DNA of 64,000 nt from the NCBI GenBank assembly GCA_937934645.1, contig CALGYZ010000023.1:27905-91904 (forward strand), written 5' to 3'. A program made the position numbers and the translations under genes. Position 1 is the first letter of the stretch, and every line of letters starts with the position of its first letter. The notes below the pieces were generated by a model, which saw only the letters and a list, made by a program, of their open reading frames with translations, had not been told where the DNA came from and did no database searches. Source of the stretch: an uncultured Bacillaceae bacterium. Lineage in GTDB: Bacteria > Bacillota > Bacilli > Bacillales > Caldibacillaceae. Shown here piece after piece: positions 32,375 through 40,706 of the stretch.

Positions 32375-32773
32375 TTGCTGAAGGGGTACGATACGGTTAT
32401 TAATGAAGAAGTCTCAAACAATTCCCAGGGGCAAAAACAATTGCTAACAATCGCCCGGGCCATTTTAAAAAATCCGCCCATTTTAATATTGGATGAAGCA
32501 ACCAGCAATGTCGATACGAGAACGGAAATGGAGATTCAAAAAACGATGAATACACTGATGGCCGGCTGGACAAGTCTGGTCATCGCCCACAAATTGTCGA
32601 CCATCCGCAAGACTGATCTGATTCTCGTCATGAAATCAGGAAAACTCATTGAAAAGGGAACCCATGAACAGTTGCTGAAAGCCGGCGGACTGTACCGAGA
32701 TTTATACAACAGCCGTTTTCATTTATCTCAGAAAACGAACAGCGAAGCAAAACAGGAAAAAAATAAAAATTGA
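32375..32773 (+). pseudogene. remnant of an ABC exporter ATPase (C-terminal ~130 aa only)
   Basis: It encodes ...GYDTVINEEVSNNSQGQKQLLTIARAILKNPPILILDEATSNVDTRTE...SLVIAHKLSTI, that is signature, Walker B, D-loop and H-loop. Walker A and the whole TMD are missing. Only 170 nt separate it from ysdC, in-frame stops lie just upstream, and there is no SD. Confidence 0.75.
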
Positions 32774-32792
32774 ATAAAGAAGGAATTTAAAG

Positions 32793-32984
32793 ATAAAAAA
32801 ATTACCGGTTTATTTAACACTTATTGTGACCGGAACGGTTGCAATCATTCTAACAAAAACGATGGATTTATCGGATGCATTGGAATGGATGCTTATTGGC
32901 ACTGCTGTTGTCTTGAGTTTATCCGGTGCAATCGCTGTTACCATATATGCCCTTGGACATGACGTAGCCTTTTCTTGGTTTTGA
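32793..32984 (+). CDS. possible small 2-TM membrane protein with a non-canonical (ATA) start position; may be a decayed gene
   Basis: The frame gives (I)KKLPVYLTLIVTGTVAIILTKTMDLSDALEWMLIGTAVVLSLSGAIAVTIYALGHDVAFSWF. AGGAA lies 7 nt upstream of ATA 32793. The first canonical in-frame starts are GTG 32826 and ATG 32862, both without an SD. It is followed by a terminator. Confidence 0.25.
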   Translation: MKKLPVYLTLIVTGTVAIILTKTMDLSDALEWMLIGTAVVLSLSGAIAVTIYALGHDVAFSWF

Positions 32985-32986
32985 CA

Positions 32987-33037
32987 AAGAAAAAAACCGG
33001 GTTGGCCGGATACATGGGCACTACCCGGTTTTCTTTT
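32987..33037. terminator. bidirectional terminator (small ORF / dut)
   Basis: Stem AACCGGGT (32995-33002) / ACCCGGTT (33023-33030), with A-run and T-run flanks. It overlaps the dut stop codon region. Confidence 0.65.
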
Positions 33038-33473
33038 ATCGTAATCCGGATGAGCCGAAGCCGCCTTCACCTCTTTCTGACCCGGATAATTGTTCTGTTT
33101 CGGAAATTTTCACCCTGGCCACCGGAGCGACAACCATCTGCGCAATACGCATATGCTTTTCGACTTTAAACGGTTCTTTGCCGTGATTGATTAAAATCAC
33201 TTTGATCTCCCCCCGGTAACCTTCATCGATTGTACCGGGGCTGTTAAGTACCGTAACACTGTGTTTCAAAGCAAGGCCGCTTCTTGGTCTGATTTGCGCT
33301 TCTGTTCCCGGCGGCAGCTCTATGACAATACCCGTGCGAATTAACTCCGCTTCCCCCGGTTGGATGACTTTTTCTTCTACCGAATACAAATCAAGCCCGG
33401 CATCGCCCGGATTGGCATATTTAGGAATCTTCGCATCCTCATCAATTATTTTTACTTTTAATTCTATATCCAT
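33036..33473 (-). CDS. dut: trimeric dUTP diphosphatase
   Basis: 145 aa. dUTPase motifs [27 protein letters not shown] and C-terminal [18 protein letters not shown]. Confidence 0.92.
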   Translation of the reverse strand: MDIELKVKIIDEDAKIPKYANPGDAGLDLYSVEEKVIQPGEAELIRTGIVIELPPGTEAQIRPRSGLALKHSVTVLNSPGTIDEGYRGEIKVILINHGKEPFKVEKHMRIAQMVVAPVARVKISETEQLSGSERGEGGFGSSGLR

Positions 33474-33610
33474 AAACCGATTCTCCTTATCACATCATTC
33501 TGGAATAACATTAAAAAGATTATAGCAAAACAATAAAAAGTGAAACCTTTTTTTTATGATTCATCGCTTTTATAGACATATTTTCGTACACTTATGACGG
33601 AGGGATTTCT

Positions 33611-34021
33611 ATGGCATTATTAATTCGGATGATCATATTTATTCTTATCCTGTTTTTAATTTACGCCGGTATACGGTATCTGCTTTCACCAAAACGAAAG
33701 CTGGAACTAGCACATGAACAAAACAGATTTTATTTTTTGGACGACCCGGACAATGTAAGGAAAAACTTTTTTATCACGTATAAAGGTGCCCTCTTTGAAG
33801 GTGAAAAGAAACTGGGTACAACTCCGGAATCCTTCGATGTTGTTTCTGTCCTCGTTACCCCGAAAAATATCAATGAGTTAAAAGGCTTGACAAAAAAAGA
33901 TTTTCAAATCATTGAGCAACATATTTTAAAACATTATCCATCCACTGAAATTGAATGGCAAAGCCCGGTCCGGGAATTTTTAGGCAAACTGGACAATCAA
34001 TCTGATCAATCTTTTGAATGA
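33611..34021 (+). CDS. ysdB: YsdB-like protein (N-terminal TM helix)
   Basis: 136 aa, MALLIRMIIFILILFLIYAGIRYLL... SD GGAGGG. Size and location are comparable to B. subtilis ysdB. An ECF-type -35 TGAAAC lies at 33541-33546, but the -10 is only CGCT at 18-nt spacing. Confidence 0.6.
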   Translation: MALLIRMIIFILILFLIYAGIRYLLSPKRKLELAHEQNRFYFLDDPDNVRKNFFITYKGALFEGEKKLGTTPESFDVVSVLVTPKNINELKGLTKKDFQIIEQHILKHYPSTEIEWQSPVREFLGKLDNQSDQSFE

Positions 34022-34060
34022 TTCTTTTCGGTTGTACAACGGGAGACGTCCGCATCCTTT

Positions 34061-34633
34061 TTATGATGCGGCTTTAAAAAAATCTTTCCACTTAATCACG
34101 GCAAATTTCTCCCGCAGGACAACAATTAGTACGGTTAACACGAGCAGAAAAAGGAGGAATGCAGCCGGGGAAATTTGTTGGAAAGACTTGCCGAAAACGG
34201 TATAAAAGACAGCAACCGGAAGATTTGTAAAAAAAGAGGAACCTGCATACTCACGGAAGTTTCCCTTTCGCTCGATTAAACAAAAACAGAGCAGTTGAAA
34301 ATGAATGAACGGAATCATTTTCAATACGGCGATTTGGCCTCCGGTCAAATTTTTATATGGGCCAAACCATTTTATTTTGATCCGCCGGAGGCGCCGGTGC
34401 AAAATCGGAAAACGTTTTAATAAAAAATACAATGAAAAGCTGGAAATGGTCAGTCCAATCAAAGAAAAAGCCGTTCCAAACACAGCACCGAACAAAACAC
34501 CACCGGCCATGCACATAACAACGACAGGAATAAATAAAAACGGACGTAAGATATGAATAAGAATAAAAGCTAAGGGTGCCAAAATACCGCCTAACTCCAA
34601 ATATGCCAGAACGAGCCCCGTTTCTCCGTTCAT
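34061..34633 (-). CDS. TVP38/TMEM64 (DedA-related) family membrane protein
   Basis: 190 aa, multi-pass hydrophobic, with LRPFLFIPVVVMCMAGGVLFG typical of the SNARE-associated/TVP38 family. SD GGGGGA 8 nt upstream. Confidence 0.7.
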   Translation of the reverse strand: MNGETGLVLAYLELGGILAPLAFILIHILRPFLFIPVVVMCMAGGVLFGAVFGTAFSLIGLTISSFSLYFLLKRFPILHRRLRRIKIKWFGPYKNLTGGQIAVLKMIPFIHFQLLCFCLIERKGNFREYAGSSFFTNLPVAVFYTVFGKSFQQISPAAFLLFLLVLTVLIVVLREKFAVIKWKDFFKAAS

Positions 34634-34729
34634 GCGGTTAATCCCCCGTATATCCCGTTTTCCTTTTTATTACATCGTTAATAACGTATACACAAAAAGA
34701 TTGAATTATGATAAGTTTTCCCGGTATAC

Positions 34730-34759
34730 GAAAAAAAGCCCCTGTTAAAAGGGGCTTTT
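34730..34759 (-). terminator. intrinsic terminator after rplT
   Basis: 9-bp stem AAAGCCCCT/AGGGGCTTT, followed on the minus strand by TTTTTTTCG. Confidence 0.85.
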
Positions 34760-34764
34760 CAATT

Positions 34765-35124
34765 TTACTTTTTCAGCCGGGCTTTTGCCGTTTCCGCAAG
34801 TTGTGCAAATGCTTCCGGATCGGTTACCGCAAGTTCGGCAAGCATTTTGCGGTTTACTTCGACTCCGGCAAGTTTCAGTCCGTGCATTAAACGGCTGTAG
34901 GAAAGGCCATTTTGCCGTGCAGCCGCATTAATACGTGTAATCCACAATTTACGGAATTCGCTTTTCCGTTTGCGGCGGTCACGGTATGCATACATTAAAG
35001 ATTTCATAACCTGCTGGTTGGCTACTCTATATAAACGATGTTTGGAACCGTAATATCCTTTTGCTAATTTCAGTACTTTTTTACGACGTCTGCGTGTCAC
35101 AGTACCGCCTTTTACACGTGCCAT
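34765..35124 (-). CDS. rplT: 50S ribosomal protein L20
   Basis: [29 protein letters not shown]..., 119 aa. Confidence 0.97.
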   Translation of the reverse strand: MARVKGGTVTRRRRKKVLKLAKGYYGSKHRLYRVANQQVMKSLMYAYRDRRKRKSEFRKLWITRINAAARQNGLSYSRLMHGLKLAGVEVNRKMLAELAVTDPEAFAQLAETAKARLKK

Positions 35125-35164
35125 ACTAAAAACCTCCTAATTTGTAACCTTTACTTTTAGATCT

Positions 35165-35353
35165 TTATATCATATGTTTAATGCGTTTGTAATCACTTGA
35201 TGATACGAGAGTACTCTTACGGAGTTTCCGTTTCCGTTTTTGCGATTTATTGGCAAATAAATGGCTTGTATACGCATGGGAACGTTTTAATTTGCCAGTT
35301 CCTGTCTTTTTAAAGCGTTTGGCTGAGGCTTTATGTGTTTTCATTTTAGGCAT
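35165..35353 (-). CDS. rpmI: 50S ribosomal protein L35
   Basis: [31 protein letters not shown]..., 62 aa. Confidence 0.97.
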   Translation of the reverse strand: MPKMKTHKASAKRFKKTGTGKLKRSHAYTSHLFANKSQKRKRKLRKSTLVSSSDYKRIKHMI

Positions 35354-35371
35354 ACGTATTTCCTCCTTAAG

Positions 35372-35887
35372 TTACTTATCAGTTTTTGGTGCAAGAACTA
35401 AGAACATGTTCCGCCCGTCCATCTTTGGTTTCGTTTCTACCACAGCAATGTCGGAACACTCTTCCGCCAGGCGGTCAAGCACTTTTTGACCGATATCTTT
35501 ATGGGTGATCGCACGACCTTTAAAGCGAAGGGATGCTTTCACTTTATCTCCTTTTTGCAAGAACTTCCGTGCGTTGCGTAATTTCGTATTAAAATCATGC
35601 TCTTCAATCGTCGGACTAAACCGGACTTCCTTGACGCTGATTACTTTTTGTTTTTTCCGTGCTTCCTTTTCCCTCTTTTGTTGCTCAAAACGGTACTTCC
35701 CGTAGTCCATGATTCTGGCCACAGGTGGCCTTGCTTTCGGAGCAACCAAAACAAGATCCAGATTTCGCCGCGCTGCGATTTCCAAAGCTTCGGCCTTTGA
35801 TTTAATTCCCAATTGTTCGCCGTTTACATCAATTAAGCGAACTTCACGGGCACGGATGCCCTCGTTGACCATCTTATCTTTGCTGAT
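35372..35887 (-). CDS. infC: translation initiation factor IF-3 (apparent non-canonical AUC start)
   Basis: (I)[37 protein letters not shown]...[29 protein letters not shown]. The conserved N-terminus ISKD begins at ATC 35887, 9 nt after GGAGG. The next ATG is 35872. The ORF-track ATG 35968 sits on the attenuator T-run without an SD. Confidence 0.85.
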   Translation of the reverse strand: MSKDKMVNEGIRAREVRLIDVNGEQLGIKSKAEALEIAARRNLDLVLVAPKARPPVARIMDYGKYRFEQQKREKEARKKQKVISVKEVRFSPTIEEHDFNTKLRNARKFLQKGDKVKASLRFKGRAITHKDIGQKVLDRLAEECSDIAVVETKPKMDGRNMFLVLAPKTDK

Positions 35888-35901
35888 ATCAAGACACCTC
35901 C

Positions 35902-36126
35902 AAAAGGATTTCGTGAATACTGCCGTTTGGGTACATGACAAAAGAAGCCGCCCGTCATTGAAAGGCATTAAAAAAGTGCAGGTGAATACACCCGCACTGT
36001 GTTTATGGAAAAATCCATAATCGTATCATAAATATAAATGCAAAACCTGTTAACAACCATAACGGCGTCAACCAGGTGAGAAGCGGGTGCTTCTTCTTTG
36101 TCCGCAAACTGAGTATTCGATTAACT
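35902..36126 (-). promoter_or_regulatory. infC-rpmI-rplT leader with intrinsic attenuator (L20-leader type)
   Basis: A ~225-nt untranslated leader. Attenuator hairpin AGTGCGGGTG/CACCTGCACT + TTTTTT lies at 35968-35998, about 70 nt before the infC SD. Placement matches the L20-responsive leader of Bacillus infC operons (recalled). The L20 mimic structure itself was not verified. Confidence 0.5.
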
Positions 36127-36132
36127 TACTAT

Positions 36133-36162
36133 AGTGTATCATATACAAGCTGTATATGTCAA
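36133..36162 (-). promoter_or_regulatory. candidate sigma-A promoter of the infC leader (proximal)
   Basis: Minus strand TTGACA (36162-36157) - 18 nt - TACACT (36138-36133). Confidence 0.45.
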
Positions 36163-36196
36163 GCACGGCCTTTGATGGAAAATGGTCAACACGGGC

Positions 36197-36225
36197 ATTA
36201 TAACAAAACAAAAAGAAAAATACAA
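36197..36225 (-). promoter_or_regulatory. candidate sigma-A promoter of the infC leader (distal)
   Basis: Minus strand TTGTAT (36225-36220) - 17 nt - TATAAT (36202-36197). Confidence 0.5.
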
Positions 36226-36322
36226 CTCTTTTTCAAATGAAAAATTTCCGGGTGGTTTTGACCATGTGGGATGTGCCATGCAAAAAAATATTTCTTCTTA
36301 ACTTTCGAATGATCCTTTCCGG

Positions 36323-36362
36323 AATAAAAAATGACTGCCCGCGTCTTTTCAAGACCAGGCAG
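36323..36362 (-). terminator. intrinsic terminator after thrS
   Basis: Hairpin CTGCC..GTCTT/AAGAC..GGCAG (36335-36362), followed on the minus strand by TCATTTTTTATT. Confidence 0.7.
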
Positions 36363-36392
36363 CACCGTATTGATTCAACCGTGAAAAGCCGG

Positions 36393-38327
36393 TTAAATCT
36401 TCGATTCTTTCTTAATTTCCTCCAAAAACTCGGTGAAGGGGACGGTTTTGGAATCTTTTTCTCCGTATTTTCGGACGTTGACCGTATTTTCTCCCATTTC
36501 TTTATCACCGACAACAAGCATATACGGTATTTTTTGCACCTGCGCTCCACGGATTTTATAGCCTAGTTTTTCATCCCGGACATCCAATTCAGCCCGGATC
36601 CCTGCCTGTTTCAATTGATCATGGACTGATTTAGCATAGTCAAAATGAACTTCCGGTGATACCGGGATGACCTGCACTTGAACCGGTGCAAGCCATGTCG
36701 GGAAAGCACCTTTATATTCTTCAATCAAATATGCGACAAAACGCTCCATCGTTGAAACAACACCACGGTGAATGACGACCGGACGGTGCGGCTTACCGTC
36801 TTCACCAATATATGTTAAATCAAAGCGTTCCGGCATTAAAAAGTCCAGCTGGACGGTTGATAATGTTTCCTCTTTGCCAATGGCCGTTTTTACCTGAACA
36901 TCCAGTTTCGGACCGTAAAACGCAGCTTCACCTTCCGCCTCATAATATTCCAGGCCTAAATCGTCCATGGCTGATTTCAGCATGCTTTGTGCCTTTTCCC
37001 ACATTTCGTCATCATCATAATATTTTTCCTTATCTTCCGGGTCTCGGTAAGAAAGACGGAATGTATAATCGGTAATATTAAAGTCCTCATAGACTTCCAT
37101 GATCAGCTGGACGACCCGCTTGAACTCCTCCTGTATCTGGTCGGGCCGGACGAAAATATGGGCATCGTTCAGCGTCATGCCGCGTACCCGCTGCAAACCG
37201 GATAATGCACCGCTCATTTCATACCGGTGCATCATACCGAGTTCGGCAATGCGGATCGGCAGCTCACGGTAGGAATGAATCTTATTTTTATAAATCATCA
37301 TATGATGCGGACAATTCATCGGACGCAGAACCAGCTCTTCACCATCGCCCATATCCATCGGCGGATACATATCTTCATGGTAATGGTCCCAATGCCCGCT
37401 CGTTTTATACAATTCCACATTGGCTAAAACTGGGGTATATACATGCTCATAGCCGAGTCTGATTTCCTTATCGACAATATACCTCTCGATAATCCGGCGG
37501 ATCGTTGCCCCTTTCGGAAGCCACAACGGAAGCCCCTGGCCGACTAATTGATTGATCGTAAATATTTCTAGTTCTTTGCCAAGCCTCCGGTGGTCGCGTT
37601 CTTTCGCTTCTTCCAGCATTTTTAAATGTTGCTCTAAATCTTCTTTTTTGAAAAACGCCGTTCCGTAAATCCGTTGCAACATTTTGTTTTTGCTGTCCCC
37701 ACGCCAGTATGCACCGGCAATGCTCAATAATTTAAATTCTTTAATTTTTCCTGTCGAGGGCACGTGCACCCCGCGGCAAAGATCGAAAAACTCTCCTTGT
37801 TCATATATAGTTACTGGCTCGTCTTCAGGAATATCATTAATTAATTCCAGTTTATATTCATCACCGATTTCTTCGTACATCCGGATTGCTTCTTCCCGGC
37901 TGACTACTTTCCGGCGAATTTCCAGATTTTCGCTGACAATTTTTTTCATCTCTTTTTCAATCTTCGGAAGATCTTCCGGTGTTATTTTTTCTTCCAAGTC
38001 GATGTCATAGTAAAAACCGTTTTCAATCACCGGGCCTACACCGAGTTTTACGTTTTTATACAGCCGTTTAATCGCCTGGGCCATTAAATGGGCAGTACTA
38101 TGCCGCATAATTTCAAGGCTCTCCGGATCTTTATCTGTCAAAATTTGGATTGTTCCGCTCTCTTCAATCGGCATCCTGAGATCAATCAGTTCATCGTTTA
38201 ATTTCCCCGCATAAGCTCTTTTCTTAAGGCTGGGGCTGATTGAAGCCGCGATTTCTTCGGTTGTTGTTCCCTTTGGAAACTCTTTAGTGTTTCCATCCGG
38301 AAATGTAATTTCAATCATTTCTGCCAT
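36393..38327 (-). CDS. thrS: threonine--tRNA ligase
   Basis: [36 protein letters not shown]... (TGS domain), then editing and class II core motifs ([11 protein letters not shown]). Start re-set to ATG 38327 (SD AGGAGG 9 nt upstream), giving 644 aa. Confidence 0.95.
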   Translation of the reverse strand: MAEMIEITFPDGNTKEFPKGTTTEEIAASISPSLKKRAYAGKLNDELIDLRMPIEESGTIQILTDKDPESLEIMRHSTAHLMAQAIKRLYKNVKLGVGPVIENGFYYDIDLEEKITPEDLPKIEKEMKKIVSENLEIRRKVVSREEAIRMYEEIGDEYKLELINDIPEDEPVTIYEQGEFFDLCRGVHVPSTGKIKEFKLLSIAGAYWRGDSKNKMLQRIYGTAFFKKEDLEQHLKMLEEAKERDHRRLGKELEIFTINQLVGQGLPLWLPKGATIRRIIERYIVDKEIRLGYEHVYTPVLANVELYKTSGHWDHYHEDMYPPMDMGDGEELVLRPMNCPHHMMIYKNKIHSYRELPIRIAELGMMHRYEMSGALSGLQRVRGMTLNDAHIFVRPDQIQEEFKRVVQLIMEVYEDFNITDYTFRLSYRDPEDKEKYYDDDEMWEKAQSMLKSAMDDLGLEYYEAEGEAAFYGPKLDVQVKTAIGKEETLSTVQLDFLMPERFDLTYIGEDGKPHRPVVIHRGVVSTMERFVAYLIEEYKGAFPTWLAPVQVQVIPVSPEVHFDYAKSVHDQLKQAGIRAELDVRDEKLGYKIRGAQVQKIPYMLVVGDKEMGENTVNVRKYGEKDSKTVPFTEFLEEIKKESKI

Positions 38328-38375
38328 GCTTAACTGCCTCCTCTGTTCCTGATATTTTCGAAAGTAATCTCCATG

Positions 38376-38640
38376 AAAAAAACCCGTCCCCAATCTAGGG
38401 ACGAGCTTTTAACCCGTGGTTCCACCCTGTTTCTCGCACAAAAATACCGTGCGACTCAAACCGGGTAACGGCCGGAGCCGGCATCCATTACTGGGGAAAT
38501 CCCGTTCACGGCTGCAGCTTAAAGGCGGTGAGCCTTTTATCCGTGTTAGGAAGGTTCCAGCCTATAGCCTTCCCTCTCTGTAAACCGTAATAAAAGGCCC
38601 GTGTCCTTTGCATCACTGTTCGCCATATCTTAATGTCATA
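38376..38640 (-). promoter_or_regulatory. T-box leader (Thr, specifier ACC) controlling thrS
   Basis: Minus strand has GA motif AGUGAUG, AG bay ACAGAGAGGGAAGG...CCUUCC, and nested stems AAAGG/CCUUU and GCCUUUUAU/AUAAAAGGC. Specifier side is UCACCG (ACC at 38529-38527, followed by G). T-box AACAGGGTGGAACCACGGG (38413-38431) and terminator CGUCCC/GGGACG + UUUUUUU. Confidence 0.9.
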
Positions 38641-38820
38641 ATTAAAAAAGATAATGGAAAGGGGACAATAACGGTTATGTAAAATACAAACCTGCTTCCG
38701 ATTGTCATTACCGGTCTATGATTCACCGGAGTACACATCCCTGCAAAATAGGGGAAACATTGTCAAATTCCTTATCATGAATGTATTATAAATTTTTCAT
38801 ATAAATTTTTCAAGGCCGGA

Positions 38821-39648
38821 CTACAAATCATTTTCAGCGCGGAAAGATTCCAAGGAACAAATTTTCAGCTTTTCTTCGAATATATTTTTTAATGTTTGTA
38901 TAATTCCGCTTTCCGGATCATCTGTATACAAATAAATCTGTTCGGGTGCAATTGAAATTAACGGCGCAATGGTGACCGAGTCCACATAAACCGTATGCCG
39001 GGAAAGCAATCTCCGGTCAACATGCTTGTCCAGATCAGCCCGTTTGATCTCCCGCATATTTTGATCATAAAAAGTAAATCCGTCACTATTTACAAGATAA
39101 ACTTTTTTCAGTCTGGGTTTCCTGCCTTTTAAAAACCGGCGCAAATAATAAATAAACGATTGATATTCCTGTTCCAGCTTATATTCATCAAGGGCTGTCT
39201 CTACAAAATAAAAAAGACTTTCCTTGTAAAAACGGAGCTGAAACGTATGAAAAGCTTCAAAAGAAAATGACTCTTCCCGTTCCAAAATATCCGTCAGCGC
39301 ATAATCCAGCCGCTGGCTAATAAGCGAACGGTCAATCTTTACCGGTATTTCCTCACGCTGCCCGTCCAGAATTGAACATGTCAATTGAATTATTTCTGCC
39401 TGTTCATCCTGGTCCGTATAGAAAAACTGTTCTTCAAGTATTTTCCGGCACCACTCAATCCGTTTCTTTTCCGTAATCAATTTCAGTAACAGATATTTTA
39501 TAAACGGAATCGCTCTTTCCTTATCTGAAAAATTAAACAGAATGAAGGACCCTTCCCTTTGGAACTGTATATATCCTGCCGGTTGTTTTTCATATAGCTT
39601 GTGCAAAAATTTTGCTTCCTCGGCATTTTGAAATTGGATACAAATCAA
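38821..39648 (-). CDS. ytxC: YtxC-like sporulation protein
   Basis: 275 aa. Located between dnaI and thrS as B. subtilis ytxC is. Called mainly by synteny and size. Confidence 0.7.
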   Translation of the reverse strand: MICIQFQNAEEAKFLHKLYEKQPAGYIQFQREGSFILFNFSDKERAIPFIKYLLLKLITEKKRIEWCRKILEEQFFYTDQDEQAEIIQLTCSILDGQREEIPVKIDRSLISQRLDYALTDILEREESFSFEAFHTFQLRFYKESLFYFVETALDEYKLEQEYQSFIYYLRRFLKGRKPRLKKVYLVNSDGFTFYDQNMREIKRADLDKHVDRRLLSRHTVYVDSVTIAPLISIAPEQIYLYTDDPESGIIQTLKNIFEEKLKICSLESFRAENDL

Positions 39649-39758
39649 AGTTCCTCCCCCCTATGAGGCTTTCCCATGTTACATATATATGGGGGGCTTG
39701 GACACTTTAGAAGTTCTACTTTGCAAAAACCGGCATTGCTTAAATACTTCGTTGTGCT

Positions 39759-40691
39759 TTATTTTCTTTTATTCTCTCCGTCTATATATATGGGCTCTGC
39801 CAAAAAACGGATTCGTTCAATAATCCTGGCTGCTTTCACCTTTTCTTCTTCTCCTCGCTGGCTGTATGTTAAATGGTGTTCCAGCTCTTGTAAATTGAAA
39901 TTCGAAGTGAAAAATGCAGGAAGTTTTTCCAGCATCCGGTATTGAAGAACCGGACCGATTACTTCGTCACGGACCCAGCTGGATACTGCCTCGGCGCCGA
40001 TATCATCAAACATTAATACCGGTGCCTTTTTTAGTATTTCCAACTTTTCATTTAGAGTCCGGTCGTTGATTGACTGTTTCATTTCCCTGATCAGTTCGGG
40101 AACGTACACGATGATTGATGAAACTCCCTTTTCCGCCAACTCTTTTGCAATGGCACCGAGCAAAAAGGTTTTTCCCGTTCCAAATGGTCCGTATAAATAT
40201 AATCCTTTTTGAAATTGACCTTTGGTAAAACCGAAAATAAATTTCAAGGCCTTGTCCACCGCTTCCACCCGGTTTGGCGTATCCAAATAGACATCGCTTA
40301 TTGAGGCATCCAATGTATCTTTCGGCATATGGATACATTGAATCAGTCTTTCAAACCGTTTTTGCTGGTCTTCCAACATTTTCTTCCTGCAGGGCACATA
40401 TTGGACATCGATGGACCGGTTGTTAAAAACAAGGCGCGGTTCATATCCGAAAATAATATTTTTACATTCGCTTACTGATTCACATTCTCTGCAATCCCTA
40501 CTCTGGGAAATAAATTCATACAGTTTCCCAAGGCTGCGGTCAATCATCAGATTGGTGATTTGCTCTTTATGTTTATCCAAAAATTCCCGGACGTCCGGGT
40601 GGTTCAAAATTTCATGCCGGAGCATTTCAAACCGCTTTTGAAAATCTTCGCGGCTTGTGAGCTTTTTTAGCGTCTCATTAATATTTTTCAC
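39759..40691 (-). CDS. dnaI: primosomal helicase loader DnaI
   Basis: 310 aa. N-terminal Cys-rich zinc region (CRECESVSECKN...VPC). AAA+ Walker A LYGPFGTGKTFLL and Walker B MFDDIGAE. GTG start with SD AGGAGGTGA. Confidence 0.92.
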   Translation of the reverse strand: MKNINETLKKLTSREDFQKRFEMLRHEILNHPDVREFLDKHKEQITNLMIDRSLGKLYEFISQSRDCRECESVSECKNIIFGYEPRLVFNNRSIDVQYVPCRKKMLEDQQKRFERLIQCIHMPKDTLDASISDVYLDTPNRVEAVDKALKFIFGFTKGQFQKGLYLYGPFGTGKTFLLGAIAKELAEKGVSSIIVYVPELIREMKQSINDRTLNEKLEILKKAPVLMFDDIGAEAVSSWVRDEVIGPVLQYRMLEKLPAFFTSNFNLQELEHHLTYSQRGEEEKVKAARIIERIRFLAEPIYIDGENKRK

Positions 40692-40706
40692 TTCTTCACC
40701 TCCTTG

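Noticed and set aside
32774-32962. Cys-rich reading frame (…YCDRNGCNHSNKNDGFIGCIGMDAYWHCCCLEFIRCNRCYHICPWT) continuing after the ABC remnant stop, superficially like a RiPP or bacteriocin precursor
   Set aside because: There is no start codon with an SD; the only in-frame ATG is late and unaided. It is the +2 frame of a much more protein-like hydrophobic frame. Cys richness here follows from TGC/TGT arising out of frame from GCT/GTT-rich membrane codons.
35888-35968. ORF-track N-terminal extension of infC ([27 protein letters not shown]...)
   Set aside because: That ATG sits immediately on the U-tract of the leader attenuator with no SD. The extension is unrelated to IF-3, and the conserved N-terminus plus a well-spaced SD lie downstream.
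36233-36566. Two overlapping ~105-aa ORFs on opposite strands between thrS and the infC leader
   Set aside because: They span the thrS 3' end, its terminator and two promoter-like elements. There is no SD and the sequence is low complexity. The region is better explained as regulatory.
38787-38811. Direct repeat TATAAATTTTTC x2 (13-bp period) just downstream of the ytxC stop
   Set aside because: Only two copies of an A/T-only motif in an AT-rich spacer. This is plausibly chance, or part of a weak terminator or UP-like tract.
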